A DNA stretch of 64,000 nt from positions 64,740-128,739 of the forward strand of contig JAHDYJ010000002.1 of assembly GCA_023383795.1 (NCBI GenBank), read 5' to 3'. Below, one piece after another: positions 1 to 8,724 of the stretch. Origin of the DNA: Burkholderiales bacterium. GTDB taxonomy: Bacteria > Pseudomonadota > Gammaproteobacteria > Burkholderiales > SG8-39. Every line of letters begins with the position of its first letter. Position 1 is the stretch's first letter. The notes beneath the pieces were generated by a model, which was not told where the DNA came from, did not search any database, and saw only the letters and a program-made list of their open reading frames with translations. Position numbers and translations under genes: made by a program.

Positions 1-933
1 ATGTCGCACGGCTCGGGCCTCTACGGCCTGCCGCACGTCGCGGCGGCGGCGCACCAGGTGATCCCGGAGAGCGGCCAGTTCGACCCGGCCGAGATCTTTG
101 CGCTTGCCGACCGTTACCGCGGAGCGGCGATGTTCGCGGCCCCCACGATGGTGAAGCGGATGGTGACTCATGCCCGCACGGCGCATCCGCCGCTCGAGGG
201 GCTGAAGACGGTGGTCTACGGCGGCGGGCCGATGTACCTCGCCGACATCCAGGACGCGCTGGCGGTGATCGGCCAGCGGTTCGTCCAGATCTACGGCCAG
301 GGCGAGAGCCCGATGACGATCACCGCGCTCGCCCGCCGCCATTTCGCCGACGCCTCGCACCCGCGCCACCTGCAGCGGCTCGCCTCGGTCGGTGTCGCGC
401 AGACCGGCATGGACGTTCGCATCGCCGATGCCGCGGATCGTCCGCTGCCCGCGGGCGAGGCGGGCGAAGTGCTGGTGCGCGGCCCGGCGGTGATGCGCGG
501 CTACTGGCAGAACGACGAGGCGACGGCCGCGACGCTGCGCAGCGGCTGGCTTCACACCGGCGACGTCGGCGCGCTCGACGCGGACGGGTTCCTGACGCTG
601 CTGGACCGCTCGAAGGATCTCATCATCAGCGGCGGCTCGAATGTCTACCCGCGCGAGGTCGAGGAAGTCCTGCTGACCCATCCCGGCGTGCAGGAGGCGT
701 CGGTCGTCGGCCGGCCGCATCCGGAGTGGGGCGAGGAGATCGTCGCGGTGGTCGTGCGCGCGCCCGGCGCGGCGGTCGCCGCGGAGGAGCTCGACCGGCT
801 GTGCCTCGCCCACATCGCGCGGTTCAAGCGGCCGCGCGACTACCGCTTCGTCGAGCAGCTGCCGAAGAACAACTACGGCAAGGTGCTGAAGACCGAACTG
901 CGGGACGCGCTCGCGCGCGAGCCGCGCACCTGA
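1..933 (+). CDS. AMP-dependent acyl-CoA synthetase/ligase, C-terminal portion (5' end outside window)
   Basis: Frame is open from base 1 to the TGA at 931-933. Carries adenylate-forming enzyme motifs YGQGESP, GWLHTGDVG, DRSKDLIISGG and PKNNYGKVLK. Confidence 0.85.
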   Translation: MSHGSGLYGLPHVAAAAHQVIPESGQFDPAEIFALADRYRGAAMFAAPTMVKRMVTHARTAHPPLEGLKTVVYGGGPMYLADIQDALAVIGQRFVQIYGQGESPMTITALARRHFADASHPRHLQRLASVGVAQTGMDVRIADAADRPLPAGEAGEVLVRGPAVMRGYWQNDEATAATLRSGWLHTGDVGALDADGFLTLLDRSKDLIISGGSNVYPREVEEVLLTHPGVQEASVVGRPHPEWGEEIVAVVVRAPGAAVAAEELDRLCLAHIARFKRPRDYRFVEQLPKNNYGKVLKTELRDALAREPRT

Positions 934-949
934 GCGAGCGGGGATCCGC

Positions 950-1276
950 ATGCCCGGCACTTTCCTGCGCTTCTACGTTCACGAGCATCGGCGCCACGGC
1001 GGCGCGCTCCTCTACGAGTGGCTGCTGGAGCAGGCGCGTGCGCTCGGTATCCCGGGCGGATCGGCGTTCCGCGCGATCGCGGGCTACGGGCGGCACGGCG
1101 TGCTGCACGAGCAGCGCTTCTTCGAGCTCGCCGCCGACCTGCCGGTCGAGGTCGAGTTCATCGTCGACGATGCCCAGGCGGCCACGCTGCTCGACCTGCT
1201 CCGGCGCGAGGGCGTCGACGTCGTCTACGCGCGGATTCCGGCCGAGTTCGGCGCGATCGGCGGCAAGACAGCCTAA
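950..1276 (+). CDS. DUF190-family small protein (CrcB-associated)
   Basis: 108-aa ORF with the FLRFYVHEHRRHGG...GGSAFRAIAGYG pattern typical of DUF190/UPF0166. Lies next to crcB, as in many genomes. Confidence 0.75.
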   Translation: MPGTFLRFYVHEHRRHGGALLYEWLLEQARALGIPGGSAFRAIAGYGRHGVLHEQRFFELAADLPVEVEFIVDDAQAATLLDLLRREGVDVVYARIPAEFGAIGGKTA

Positions 1277-1656
1277 CCGCGCAGCACCCGCACGGTCTCC
1301 AGGCCGAGCACGGTCATCGCGAGCGAGCCGAGGAGATGCGCCCCGGCGTGCGCGACGGCCCAGCCGTAGCGACCGGTCTGGAGCAGCGACACCGACTCGG
1401 CCGAGAACGTCGAGAAAGTGGTCAGCGCGCCGAGGAACCCGGTGATAACGAACAGCCGCGCCTCCGGCGGCAGGCCCGCGATCTGGTCGAACTGCGCCAC
1501 CGCGACGCCGACGAGATAGCCGCCGGCGAGGTTCGCCACGAGCGTGCCGAGCGGAAGGTTGGGAACGAGCGCGTTGAGCGCCGCGCCGAGCCCCCACCGC
1601 GCCCATGCGCCGAGCACGGCGCCGAGCCCGACCGCGGCCAGCGCGCTAAGCTGCAT
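1273..1656 (-). CDS. crcB: Fluoride ion channel CrcB/FluC
   Basis: 127 aa with four hydrophobic segments and the GFLGALTTFSTF signature. Its start overlaps the moaE stop. Confidence 0.9.
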   Translation of the reverse strand: MQLSALAAVGLGAVLGAWARWGLGAALNALVPNLPLGTLVANLAGGYLVGVAVAQFDQIAGLPPEARLFVITGFLGALTTFSTFSAESVSLLQTGRYGWAVAHAGAHLLGSLAMTVLGLETVRVLRG

Positions 1657-2116
1657 CGCGCTTGGGCTTGGCCCAGCGCTCGGCTGCGGTGTCGTCGGCG
1701 ACGCGCGCGTCGACCCACCGCGCGCCCTCCGGCGTCTGCTCCTTCTTCCAGAAAGGGGCGCGCGTCTTGAGGTAGTCCATGATGAACTCGCAGGCGGCGA
1801 ACGCGTCGCCGCGGTGCTCGCCGACGACCACCACCAGCACGATCTGGTCGAGCGGCCTGAGCTCGCCGACCCGATGCACCACGGTCGCGTCGATGATGCG
1901 CCACCGCGACCGCGCCTCGGCGACGATGCCCTCGAGCGCGCGCTCGGTCATGCCGGGATAGTGCTCGAGCGTGAGCGTCGCCACCGCGTCGCCCTCGTTC
2001 ACGTCGCGCACCGTGCCGATGAAGCTCGCGACCGCACCGACCTTCGGGTTCGCGGCGCGCAGCGCGGCGATCTCGCGCGCGATGTCGAAGTCCTCGGTCT
2101 GGACGCGCACCGGCAT
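1646..2116 (-). CDS. moaE: Molybdopterin synthase catalytic subunit MoaE
   Basis: Motifs SFIGTVRD, LEHYPGM and RAPFWKKE. ATG at 2116 is preferred; the ORF also allows GTG at 2131. Confidence 0.85.
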   Translation of the reverse strand: MPVRVQTEDFDIAREIAALRAANPKVGAVASFIGTVRDVNEGDAVATLTLEHYPGMTERALEGIVAEARSRWRIIDATVVHRVGELRPLDQIVLVVVVGEHRGDAFAACEFIMDYLKTRAPFWKKEQTPEGARWVDARVADDTAAERWAKPKRDAA

Positions 2117-2217
2117 GTCAGCGCGCGCCACGAGGGGGCAAAGCCGCTGCGCGGCGCCCCCTCGCGCTCCCCCGATTCAGGGAAAGCGATGCCTGCGGCA
2201 TCGGTTTCATGGTGTGA

Positions 2218-2490
2218 CTAGCCTCCGGTCACCGGCGGGAAGAACGCGATCTCGTCGCCCGCGCGCACGGGCGTCGCCGGCTCGGCCATCTCCTGGTTCA
2301 CCGCGACGCGCAGCGCGCGGCCCTGCGCGAGCGCGGTCTGCCACGCCCCGCCGCGCGTCATCAGGTGCGCGCGCAGCGACGCCACCGTGCTCACGTCGCC
2401 CGGCAGCGCGATCTCCTCGGACGATCTGCCGAGATCCTCCCGCAGCCTGGCGAAGTAGAGCACCTTGATCATCGTCTGCCGGTCCGCCAT
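2218..2490 (-). CDS. moaD: Molybdopterin synthase sulfur-carrier subunit MoaD
   Basis: 90 aa ending in Gly-Gly, with an IKVLYFARLRE N-terminal region. GAGG sits 8 nt upstream of the ATG. Confidence 0.85.
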   Translation of the reverse strand: MADRQTMIKVLYFARLREDLGRSSEEIALPGDVSTVASLRAHLMTRGGAWQTALAQGRALRVAVNQEMAEPATPVRAGDEIAFFPPVTGG

Positions 2491-2515
2491 GCGGTCCGCC
2501 TCGTCGTTCGCGCGA

Positions 2516-3721
2516 TCACCCGAGCAGCGCCGCGAACGGCAGGTATCGCACCGTGTCGCCGCGCGCGATCGGATGCCGCTCCGGGTTGTCGACCAAGCCG
2601 TCGGCCCACACTGCCGAGGTCAGCACCGCCGAGCCCTGGTTCGGATAGAGGTCCAGGCCCCCGTCCGGGTTCAATTTTACGCGCAGGAACTCGCGGCGCA
2701 CATCGGGCTTCGGCCAGTCGAAATCGGCCCGCAGCGGGAAGGCGGTCGGCTCGACGTCGGCGACGCCCTGGGCGCGCAGGATGAAAGGCCGCACGAACAC
2801 GAGCGCGGTCACGAAGAGCGACACCGGATTGCCCGGCAGGCCGATGAACGCCGCGCCGCCGACGCGCCCGAACGCGAGCGGCTTGCCCGGCTTCACCGCG
2901 ATCTTCCACATCTCGAGCCGGCCCTCGGCCTCGACCGCGGGTCTGACGTGGTCTTCCTCGCCGACCGACATGCCGCCGCTCGAGACGATCAGGTCGCTCG
3001 CCGCCGCGGCGCGCCGGAACGCCTCGCGCGTCGCCGCGACCGAGTCGGGCACGATGCCGAGGTCGCTCACCTCGCAGCCGAGCCGCTGCAGGATCCCGGT
3101 GATCGTGAACCGGTTCGAGTTGTAGATCGCGCCCTCCGGAAGCGGCTCGCCCGGCATGACGAGCTCGTTGCCGGTGAAGAACACCGCCACGCGCAGGCGC
3201 CGGTACACCGGCAGCTGCGCCAGACCGACCGAGGCCGCGAGGCCGCAGGCCTGCGGCGTCAGCCGCACGCCGCGCGCGAGGATGCGACTGCCCGCGCGGA
3301 TGTCCTCGCCCGCACGGCGGATCCATTCCCCGGAGCGCGGCTTGTGCCGCACGACGACGTGGTCGCCCTCGGCGCCGCACATCTCCTGCATCACGACCGC
3401 ATCCGCGCCGGGCGGCAGCGGCGCGCCGGTGAAGATGCGCGCGGCGGTGCCCGGTGCGAGCGGGGCCCCGAGGGTGCCGGCGGCGATGCGCTGGGCGATC
3501 GCGAGTCGCGCCTCGCCGCTCGCGCAGTCCGCGGCGCGGACCGCGTAGCCGTCCATCGACGTGTTGTCGAGCGGCGGCACGTCGACCGCCGAGAACTGGT
3601 CGGCCGCGAGCACGCGGCCGGTCGCGTCCAGCGTGGGGATCGTCTCGGTGTCGGACACCGGCACGGCGCCGGACAGCAGCGCGGCGCGCGCCTCGTCGAC
3701 GGTGATCATCGGTCTGTTCAT
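2516..3721 (-). CDS. moeA: Molybdopterin molybdenum/tungsten insertase MoeA (copy 1)
   Basis: 401 aa with MoeA motifs LDNTSMDGYAV, SSGGMSVGEEDH and GLPGNPVS. Confidence 0.9.
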   Translation of the reverse strand: MNRPMITVDEARAALLSGAVPVSDTETIPTLDATGRVLAADQFSAVDVPPLDNTSMDGYAVRAADCASGEARLAIAQRIAAGTLGAPLAPGTAARIFTGAPLPPGADAVVMQEMCGAEGDHVVVRHKPRSGEWIRRAGEDIRAGSRILARGVRLTPQACGLAASVGLAQLPVYRRLRVAVFFTGNELVMPGEPLPEGAIYNSNRFTITGILQRLGCEVSDLGIVPDSVAATREAFRRAAAASDLIVSSGGMSVGEEDHVRPAVEAEGRLEMWKIAVKPGKPLAFGRVGGAAFIGLPGNPVSLFVTALVFVRPFILRAQGVADVEPTAFPLRADFDWPKPDVRREFLRVKLNPDGGLDLYPNQGSAVLTSAVWADGLVDNPERHPIARGDTVRYLPFAALLG

Positions 3722-4212
3722 CTGAGGCCGTTGTACTTCAGCACGAAGGCGGCAATGCCGTCGTAGTCGTTCAGGTCGAACTGCGGCAGCCTCGTCTCGA
3801 GCGGCACGTCGGAGGCGACCGCCACGATGTGCTCGTCCTCCGGGAAGATCATCGGCTTGCCGTTCACCTCGCGGTAGATCTCGAGCTTCGGCATCGCGTA
3901 GCGCTTGTAGCCCTCGACGAGCAGCAGGTCGCAGGGCCCCATCCGCCCGATCTGATCCTCGAGCGAGGGCTCGGGTTCCCCGCGCAGCTCGTGCATCAGC
4001 ACCCAGCGCCGCCCCGAGGACACGAGCACCTCGTGGCAGCCCGCCTCGCGATGGCGGTACGAGTCCTTGCCCGGCCGATCGATGTCGAAGCTGTGATGCG
4101 CGTGCTTGATCAGCGACACCTTCAACCCCCGCGCGACGAACCGGGGGATGAGCTGCTCGATGAGCGTCGTCTTGCCGCTGCCGGACCAGCCGGCGAAACC
4201 GAAAACCTTCAT
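3718..4212 (-). CDS. mobB: Molybdopterin-guanine dinucleotide biosynthesis adapter MobB
   Basis: Walker A motif GWSGSGKTT directly after MKVFGF. The ORF stays open up to 4290, so the start is uncertain. Its stop overlaps the moeA ATG (ATGA). Confidence 0.8.
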   Translation of the reverse strand: MKVFGFAGWSGSGKTTLIEQLIPRFVARGLKVSLIKHAHHSFDIDRPGKDSYRHREAGCHEVLVSSGRRWVLMHELRGEPEPSLEDQIGRMGPCDLLLVEGYKRYAMPKLEIYREVNGKPMIFPEDEHIVAVASDVPLETRLPQFDLNDYDGIAAFVLKYNGLR

Positions 4213-4377
4213 CCGTGCGCCGCGTCGCCGCTCGGGCGGCGCGCCCGCGTCGGCACCCTGTGATTGGTTGCTGCCATTACTAGCCCGCATGCGCCGGGGG
4301 GACGTCCCGGTGCGTGTGCGGGGGCCGGGCGGCCGCGCGGCGCAGGCCCGTGCTTGCTCAGGGGGCCGTCCGCACGG

Positions 4378-6390
4378 CTACGCCGCGCGGAACTCGGGCT
4401 CGCTCAAGAGCCAGACCGTGAACGTCGCGCCACGGCCCGGCTCGCTCGCCGCCGTGATCCGGCCGCCGTAGCGGTCCACCAGGGCGTAGGAGATCGACAG
4501 CCCGAGGCCGGTGCCCTCGCGCCGCTTGGTCGTGAAGAACGGGTCGAAGATCCGCGGCAGGTCCTCGGCGCGGATGCCCGCGCCGGTGTCGCGCACCTCG
4601 ATGCGCACGCCGCGGCCGTCCCAGTCGGCGGCCGCGAGCGTGAGCGTCCCGCCCGCGGGCATCGCGTGCACCGCGTTCACGATCAGGTTGACCAGCACCT
4701 GCTGCAGCTCGGAGCGCGAGAAGCGCACCGCGCGCGTCGCCGCGAGGCCCTGGACGACCTCGATGCCGCTCTTCGCGAGCATGTGCCGCACCAGGACCAG
4801 GCAGTCGGCGACGATCGCGTTGACGTCGACGTCCTCGACGTACCCGGCGTACGCCTCGGGGCGCGCGAACTGGAGCAGCTTGGTCACGATCAGCCGCACG
4901 CGGTCGATCTGCTCGTCGAGCAGCCGCACCTCCTGCCGCACCGGCGCGAGCGCGGGCCCGAGCTCAGCGCGGATCAGGTCGAGGTTGCCTTGCATGACGG
5001 CGATGGGGTTGTTGATCTCGTGCGCCACGCCGGCGGTGAGCTCGCCGATCGCGGCGAGCTTCTCGGACATGACCAGCTGCCGCTGGGCGTCGACGAGCGA
5101 GCGGTTCGCGTCCTCGAGCTGATTCGTGCGTTCGGCGACCTTGGCGTCGAGCTCGTCGGCGAAACGGCGCAGCTCGGCGTTCTTCGCCTGCAGCGAGTCG
5201 AGCAGGCGGTCGAAGTGGCGCGCGAGCTCGCCGATCTCGTCGCGGCTCCGCACCGCGCCGACGCGCGCCTCGGCGTCGCCGTCCGCGACCGCGCTCATCG
5301 CCGTGCTCATGCGCTCGAGCGGCGCGAAGATCGTGCGCGCCATGCGCAGGAACAGGACGCTCGCGCCGACGGCGAGCAGGCCGAAGAGCGCGAGCACGAG
5401 TCCGAGCGCGCTCCACTTGGCCGCGCGCAGCGGGCTTTCGAGGAAGCCGACGTAGAGCATCCCGACCCGCCGGTCGAGGCTGTCGTACAGGGGCTGATAG
5501 CTCGAGACGAACCAGGCGGTCTCGACGATCGAGGTATCGGCCCAGACCCTGCCCTCCCCGAGCACCTGGTCGCGGACGGGTAGCGAGACGCGCGTGCCGA
5601 GGGCGCGCTCGCCCTCGAACATGCGCACGTTCGTGGCGATGCGCACGTCGTCGAGCACCAGCGTCGCCGTGCCGCGGCTGCCGAGCGGCAGCGAACCCTC
5701 GCGGTACACGATCTCGTTGATGCGGTCGACGAAATCGAGATTGCCGTTCAGGAGCAGCCCGCCCTCGACCACCGCGACGACCTGGCCGCCCGCGCCGTGC
5801 ACCGGGCTCGCCGCGTGGATCAGCAGGCCGCGCCGCTCCTCGGTCTTGGCGTCGACCGCGGCCGCCGGCGTCTGCACCACCGGCACGTACGCGCGCCGCG
5901 CGAGCGCCGGATCGATCTCGGCGAGCTGCTCCGCGGTGAATACGTCGACGCCGGCGAGCGACTTGCCGCCGATCGCGCTGCGCACGACGGGCCAGAACGC
6001 CCGCGGGCCGGCGCCGGCCCGCGCGCCCGCCGGGGCGCGCACCTCCCCGCGCGCGTCGAGCAGGTGCAGGTAGTCGGCGCCGATCCGCTGCCGCTCCGCA
6101 TCGAGCAGCTTCTCGACCGCCTCCTGGCGGTCGAGCGCGGCGGCGAGACGGCTCGAGCCGGCGAACGCCGCCACGCCCCTTCCGTAGCCTTCGACGACGC
6201 GCTCGAAGTACTGGTTGGCGATCGCGAGGTCGCTGCGGACCTTGTACTCGAGCAGGCGGTCGTAGTAGCTCTCGGCCCAGTAGAGGACGAGCCCGCCGAG
6301 CACCGGCAGCGCGACGACGATCGGCGACAGCGCGATCACCAGCAGCTTGAAGCGGACCGACGACGAACCGCTCAGCAGTCGATCGAGCAT
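4378..6390 (-). CDS. Sensor histidine kinase (periplasmic Cache-like domain, HAMP, HisKA, HATPase)
   Basis: 670 aa starting at MLDRLLSG, with two TM segments flanking a roughly 300-aa periplasmic region. H-box is AGVAHEINNP; G-boxes are DTGAGI and GTGLGLS. The longer ORF to 7407 is a GC artefact that overlaps the regulator gene. Confidence 0.85.
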   Translation of the reverse strand: MLDRLLSGSSSVRFKLLVIALSPIVVALPVLGGLVLYWAESYYDRLLEYKVRSDLAIANQYFERVVEGYGRGVAAFAGSSRLAAALDRQEAVEKLLDAERQRIGADYLHLLDARGEVRAPAGARAGAGPRAFWPVVRSAIGGKSLAGVDVFTAEQLAEIDPALARRAYVPVVQTPAAAVDAKTEERRGLLIHAASPVHGAGGQVVAVVEGGLLLNGNLDFVDRINEIVYREGSLPLGSRGTATLVLDDVRIATNVRMFEGERALGTRVSLPVRDQVLGEGRVWADTSIVETAWFVSSYQPLYDSLDRRVGMLYVGFLESPLRAAKWSALGLVLALFGLLAVGASVLFLRMARTIFAPLERMSTAMSAVADGDAEARVGAVRSRDEIGELARHFDRLLDSLQAKNAELRRFADELDAKVAERTNQLEDANRSLVDAQRQLVMSEKLAAIGELTAGVAHEINNPIAVMQGNLDLIRAELGPALAPVRQEVRLLDEQIDRVRLIVTKLLQFARPEAYAGYVEDVDVNAIVADCLVLVRHMLAKSGIEVVQGLAATRAVRFSRSELQQVLVNLIVNAVHAMPAGGTLTLAAADWDGRGVRIEVRDTGAGIRAEDLPRIFDPFFTTKRREGTGLGLSISYALVDRYGGRITAASEPGRGATFTVWLLSEPEFRAA

Positions 6391-6413
6391 GGCGCGCGCC
6401 GCGCGCTCGCGGC

Positions 6414-7826
6414 TCAGGTGCCCGCGACCGCCCAGAGCGCGCACTTGCGCTCGAGCGTCTTGCGGGAGATGCCGAGGCGGCGCGCCGCCTCGGACTTGTT
6501 GCCGTTCGCCGCGGCGAGCACCGCGAGGACGTGGCGCCGCTCGACCTCGGCGAGCCGCTCGCTGTCGGCGCCGGCCCCGCCGCCGTCGTCGAGCTCGTCC
6601 GCCTCGCGCTCGAGGGCGTCGAGCGGGTAGTGGCCGAGGATCAGCGAGCGCTCGACGAAGTTGCGCAGCTCGCGCGCGTTGCCCGGCCAGTCGTAGCCGC
6701 GCAGCGCCTGCATCACCTCCGGATACAGCGGCAGCGGCGGCACCGCGAGATGCGCGGCGAGCTGCAGCATGAAGTGGCGCACGAGGGCCGTGATGTCCTC
6801 CGGCCGCTCGCGCAGCGGCGGGATGCGCAGGGTGAGGACGTCGAGCCGGTAGAAGAGGTCCGCGCGGAAGCGGCCCGCCGCGACCTCGGCGGCGAGATCG
6901 CGGTTGCTCGCCGCGACGATGCGCACGTCGACCGGGATCTCGCGGTTCGATCCCACCGGCCGGATCCGCCGGTCCTCGAGCACGCGCAGGAGCTTGGTCT
7001 GGATCGCCGCCGACAGCTCGGAGATCTCGTCGAGGAACAGCGTGCCGCCCTGCGCGTAGTAGAACAGGCCGTTGCGCGTCTCGGTCGCGCCGGTGAACGC
7101 GCCGCGCACGTGCCCGAACAGCTCCGACTCGATCAGCTCGGCGGAGATCGCGGCACAGTTGACCGGCACGAAGGGCCGCGCGGCGCGGGTCGAATGCTCG
7201 TGCAGCGCGCGCGCCGCGACTTCCTTGCCGACCCCGGACTCGCCGAGGATCAGCACCGTGCTCGGCGCGGCCGCCAGGCGGCGGATCATCGCGCGCAGCT
7301 CGGCCGCCCGGTCGGAATCGCCGATCAGCCCTTCCACGCCGCCGCTCTCGGCGAGCGCGCGCCGCAGCACGTAGTTCTCCCGCGCGAGCCGCGCCCGGTC
7401 GAAGCACCGCTTCACCGCTGCGAGCATCTGGTCGATCCGGAACGGCTTCAGCAGAAAGTCCGATGCGCCCGCGCGCAGCGCGCGGATCGCCGTGTCCATG
7501 TCCGCGAACGCGGTGATCAGGATCACGTCGCCCGGGAACCCGCCCGCCCGCAGCTCGGCGAGCCAGTCGACCCCCGACTTGCCTGGCAGCGCGATGTCGA
7601 GGACGATCAGGTCGAAGTGGTACCGGCTGACGAGCTCGGCGGCCTGCTCGGCGCTCGCCGCCTGCTCGACCAGGCCGCAGCGCGGCGCGAGCGCGCGCGC
7701 GAGAAAGCTGCGCATGCCCTCCTCGTCATCGACGATCAGGGTCGAGTGCTGCAGCCACGGTCCGAACGCATCCGTTTCGGCCGGACCCGCCGGCTCGATG
7801 GCGGTCCGGGCCTGCGTCTCTGCCAA
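6414..7826 (-). CDS. Sigma-54-dependent response regulator (NtrC family)
   Basis: Receiver domain (LIVDDE...DLIVLDIALPG), AAA+ domain with GESGVGKE and GAFTGA, and a C-terminal Fis-type HTH. TTG start with GGAG 6 nt upstream. Confidence 0.9.
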   Translation of the reverse strand: MAETQARTAIEPAGPAETDAFGPWLQHSTLIVDDEEGMRSFLARALAPRCGLVEQAASAEQAAELVSRYHFDLIVLDIALPGKSGVDWLAELRAGGFPGDVILITAFADMDTAIRALRAGASDFLLKPFRIDQMLAAVKRCFDRARLARENYVLRRALAESGGVEGLIGDSDRAAELRAMIRRLAAAPSTVLILGESGVGKEVAARALHEHSTRAARPFVPVNCAAISAELIESELFGHVRGAFTGATETRNGLFYYAQGGTLFLDEISELSAAIQTKLLRVLEDRRIRPVGSNREIPVDVRIVAASNRDLAAEVAAGRFRADLFYRLDVLTLRIPPLRERPEDITALVRHFMLQLAAHLAVPPLPLYPEVMQALRGYDWPGNARELRNFVERSLILGHYPLDALEREADELDDGGGAGADSERLAEVERRHVLAVLAAANGNKSEAARRLGISRKTLERKCALWAVAGT

Positions 7827-7899
7827 TCCGCGCTCCGCTGGAATCCGCGTGGTACTTCGGATTCTAGCGGATCGCGTTGCCGCCGGTGGCCGTCCCGCC

Positions 7900-8724
7900 T
7901 CAGGGGGCGGCGTTCGGGAAGAAGAGCTGCTCGCCGCCGATCCTGAAGCCGGCGATCGCCTGCTGGCCCTCGTCGGAGATCACCCAGTCGACGAACGCCT
8001 GCCCCATGTCCTTCTTGACGTGCGGGTGCGTGGCGGGATTGACGAGCATCACGCCGTACTGGTTGAACAGGCGCTTGTCGCCCTCCACCGAGATCACCAG
8101 GTCGCCGCGGTTCTTGAACGAGAGCCAGGTGCCGCGATCGGTGAGCGCGTAGGCGTTCATGCCCGAGGCGGTGTTGAGCGTCGGCCCCATGCCCGAGCCG
8201 GTCTCGCGGTACCAGGGTCCCTTGTCCTTCGCGATGTCGACGCCGGCATCCTTCCACAGCCGCACCTCGGCGAAATGCGTGCCGCTCTTGTCGCCGCGCG
8301 AGGCGAACGGCGCCTGCGCCGCCTTGATCTTCTGCAGCGCCGCGACGATGTCCTTGGTGCCGCTGACCTTGGCCGGATCGGATTTCGGTCCGACCAGGAC
8401 GAAGTCGTTGTACATCACCTCGAAGCGCTTCACGCCGAAGCCCTCGGCGACGAACTTCTCCTCGAGCGGCTTTGCGTGCACGAACACCACGTCGGCGTCG
8501 CCGCGCTTGCCCATGTCGAGCGCTTGGCCGGTGCCGAGGGCGACCACGCGCACCTGGATGCCGGTCTTCTGCTCGAAGATCGGCAGGATGTGCTTGAAGA
8601 GGCCGGACTGCTCGGTCGAGGTGGTCGAGGCGACCGTGATGAACTTCTGCTGCGCGAAGGCCGGCGCGTGCGCGAGCAGCGCCGCGCCGAAAGCGGCAGC
8701 CAGGAATCTCCTGATCACGTCCAT
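7900..8724 (-). CDS. tupA: Tungstate ABC transporter substrate-binding protein TupA-like
   Basis: Signal peptide ending AFAQQ. Carries the VASTTSTEQSG anion-binding motif and the overall TupA/PBP-II pattern. Confidence 0.8.
   Translation of the reverse strand: MDVIRRFLAAAFGAALLAHAPAFAQQKFITVASTTSTEQSGLFKHILPIFEQKTGIQVRVVALGTGQALDMGKRGDADVVFVHAKPLEEKFVAEGFGVKRFEVMYNDFVLVGPKSDPAKVSGTKDIVAALQKIKAAQAPFASRGDKSGTHFAEVRLWKDAGVDIAKDKGPWYRETGSGMGPTLNTASGMNAYALTDRGTWLSFKNRGDLVISVEGDKRLFNQYGVMLVNPATHPHVKKDMGQAFVDWVISDEGQQAIAGFRIGGEQLFFPNAAP

Noticed and set aside
933-1660. Fluoride riboswitch near crcB or DUF190
   Set aside because: Only 16 nt precede the DUF190 gene, and crcB overlaps moaE. There is no leader long enough to hold the roughly 50-60-nt motif.
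6391-7407. N-terminal 339-codon extension of the histidine kinase ORF (4378-7407)
   Set aside because: The extension is low-complexity Arg/Ala sequence fully overlapping the sigma-54 regulator gene in another frame. A kinase-like N-terminus with a TM helix begins at MLDRLL (6390).
7840-7870. Hairpin GAATCCG-N10-CGGATTC between tupA and the response-regulator gene as a terminator
   Set aside because: It is only a 7-bp stem with a 10-nt loop and no U-tract. It lies within a 73-nt spacer of same-strand genes and partly overlaps the regulator's SD region, so the evidence is too weak to call.
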